Assembly (NCBI GenBank): GCA_043803845.1
Contig: JAZDJT010000005.1
Span: 10,771-34,770, forward strand
DNA from: Patescibacteria group bacterium
Lineage (GTDB): Bacteria; Patescibacteriota; Minisyncoccia; Minisyncoccales; GCA-002788555
DNA length: 24,000 nt
Reading direction: 5' to 3'
Part shown: one piece after another, positions 22,683 through 24,000 of the stretch
How positions within the stretch are numbered: position 1 is the first letter of the stretch
Layout of the letters: each line of letters opens with the position of its first letter
Notes under the pieces: generated by a model
Database searches by the model: none
What the model saw: the letters and a program-made list of their open reading frames with translations, nothing else
Told to the model about the DNA's origin: nothing
Program-made: the position numbers and the translations under genes

Positions 22683-23755
22683 GAAAAATCATAATCATAG
22701 TCTCCGTAATAATTCTCTTTATATTTTTGGCGGTTACCGGAGCGTATGTTTTTATCAGTAAAGAAGTAAAAGAGCCTTTTAAGTCTGGAGGCGAGGAGTC
22801 AGTTTTCGAGATTAAAGAAGGAGAGGGCATAAGAGATATCTCTCAAAGTCTTGCAAAATCAGGATTGATTAAAAACGCTCCCTATTTTTTATTTTGGAGC
22901 TTGAAAGAAGGCAAGCAGGATAAGATTCTGCCTGGTCTTTATTGCCTTTCTTCATCAATGAGTATTGTAGAGGTTATCAACAAAATTTCGTTGGAAGAAA
23001 ACGCTATTGCTCCGCACATTAAACTCACTTTCCCCGAGGGATGGCAGATTTCTCAAATCGAAGAAAGGTTAAGGGCAAAAAATCTTCTTGGTCTTGGGGC
23101 GATTTTCGCTTTAAAAATAGAAGACTTTAATGAGGCTTATAAATTTTTGTCAGACGCGTCGAAAGGAAACAATCTTGAGGGATATCTTTTCCCGGACACC
23201 TATTTTTTTGATTGCCAAGACCCAGAAATCTTTTGTGACAAGGGGGAAGGGGAGATAAAAAAGTGCAGGAAGGATGATGTTAAGGAAATAATTTTCAAGT
23301 TCCTTGATAACTTCAATGAAAAACTTACCGACGACTTGAGAATGGAGATTAAAAAACAAAAAAAATCAATTTTTGAGATAGTAACTATGGCTTCGCTTCT
23401 GGAGAAGGAAGTTAGGACGCGAGAAGACAAAGAATTGGTGGCTGGAATTTTGTGGAAAAGGCTGGAAGAGGGCATTCCTTTGCAGGTCGATGCCACTATT
23501 AATTATATCCTCGGCGGTAAATCAACAGTTATTTCTATAGAGAATACCAAGATAGACTCTCCTTATAACACTTATAAATATAGAGGTCTTCCGTCTGGTC
23601 CGATTTCCAATCCTGGCTTGGAATCAATAGAGGCAGCCGTATCTCCGGAGGAGAGCGATTATTACTATTATCTCTCTGACCCCAAAACCGGCAAAACCGT
23701 GTTCTCCAAGAGTTTTGAGGAACATAATCAGAGCAAACAAAAGTATCTAAGATAG
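22679..23755 (+). CDS. mltG: Endolytic murein transglycosylase MltG (YceG-like)
   Basis: N-terminal TM helix, with LEGYLFPDTYFF, VTMASLLEKE, LQVDATINY and SPYNTYKYRGLPSGPISNPG as YceG-family motifs. The start overlaps the previous stop (ATGA). Confidence 0.9.
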   Translation: MRKIIIIVSVIILFIFLAVTGAYVFISKEVKEPFKSGGEESVFEIKEGEGIRDISQSLAKSGLIKNAPYFLFWSLKEGKQDKILPGLYCLSSSMSIVEVINKISLEENAIAPHIKLTFPEGWQISQIEERLRAKNLLGLGAIFALKIEDFNEAYKFLSDASKGNNLEGYLFPDTYFFDCQDPEIFCDKGEGEIKKCRKDDVKEIIFKFLDNFNEKLTDDLRMEIKKQKKSIFEIVTMASLLEKEVRTREDKELVAGILWKRLEEGIPLQVDATINYILGGKSTVISIENTKIDSPYNTYKYRGLPSGPISNPGLESIEAAVSPEESDYYYYLSDPKTGKTVFSKSFEEHNQSKQKYLR

Positions 23756-23775
23756 GATAGTAAAAAAATCAAAGG

Positions 23776-24000
23776 ATGAAAAAATTTTTAATCTTCACTT
23801 TTTGGGTTATTTTTTTCGGAGGATTTATCGCCTCCATTTTCTTTTTACCGGGCGAAAATATAAAGATTGGCACTCAGGGCAAGGTATTTTCTTTCTTAAG
23901 ACCGTTACCCGAAAAAAAGATTGTCGATATGATTTTTGTGGGCGATATAATGCTTTCTCGCAACGTGGATAAAAAGATGAGAGAGTACGGAGACTTTAAA
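23776..24000 (+). CDS. CapA/PGA_cap-like metallophosphatase family protein (3' end outside the window)
   Basis: AAAGGA Shine-Dalgarno, then ATG 23776. An N-terminal TM helix is followed by IVDMIFVGDIMLSRNV, typical of the CapA-family N-terminal motif. Only 75 codons are visible. Confidence 0.55.
   Translation, partial: MKKFLIFTFWVIFFGGFIASIFFLPGENIKIGTQGKVFSFLRPLPEKKIVDMIFVGDIMLSRNVDKKMREYGDFK

Noticed and set aside
1-24000. Alternative genetic code (UGA reassignment, as in some uncultivated lineages)
   Set aside because: TGA terminates the genes ending at 3461, 6912 and 22682. All conserved genes (lepA, prfA, rodA, uppS, mltG) read through at full length without in-frame TGA.
1-24000. Mobile element, prophage or defence island
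   Set aside because: No integrase, transposase, recombinase, toxin-antitoxin or nuclease/helicase-type genes were found. No terminal inverted repeats were found, and the tRNA genes carry no duplicated 3' fragments that would mark an integration site.

Overview
This is an AT-rich, tightly packed bacterial window. TGA, TAA and TAG all terminate conserved genes, so the standard code applies. Nt 1-10573 form one co-directional type IV pilus / Com-like filament locus. It holds a 5'-truncated PilB/GspE ATPase, a PilC/GspF platform protein, and four pilin-like genes in the H-I-J-K order (FimT/GspH-, PilV-, PilW-, PilX-like). PilM-PilN-PilO follow, then three uncharacterised membrane-anchored genes of 87, 557 and 147 aa; the 557-aa protein has four DUF11/CARDB-like repeats. 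No secretin, PilP, major pilin, prepilin peptidase or retraction ATPase is visible in the window. The remainder is housekeeping: a RodA-like SEDS protein, a secreted coiled-coil plus lytic-transglycosylase protein, rpmE-prfA on the minus strand, and divergent rpsB-tsf. Next come a small basic membrane protein coupled to lepA, a tRNA-Thr/Tyr/Thr - rpmG - tRNA-Trp island, uppS and a short-chain trans-prenyl synthase. The window ends with pcm, a membrane metallophosphoesterase, mltG and a 3'-truncated CapA-like gene. A secretin-less pilus, a half-length EF-Ts and extended S2/L31 suggest a monoderm-like or CPR/Patescibacteria-type organism; this is inference only. Five structures are not explained by the gene calls. 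(1) The 130-nt pilB-pilC spacer holds about ten phased heptamers, then ATTCGTA doublets flanking a perfect 16-bp GC palindrome. (2) The three tail genes sit where pilP-pilQ would be. (3) Codon usage breaks sharply inside the coiled-coil/transglycosylase gene. (4) A thrice-repeated 10-mer lies in the predicted rpmE leader, between back-to-back near-consensus promoters. (5) Three consecutive hairpins precede the prenyl synthase. No searches or computations were run; all family calls rest on motifs read by eye.
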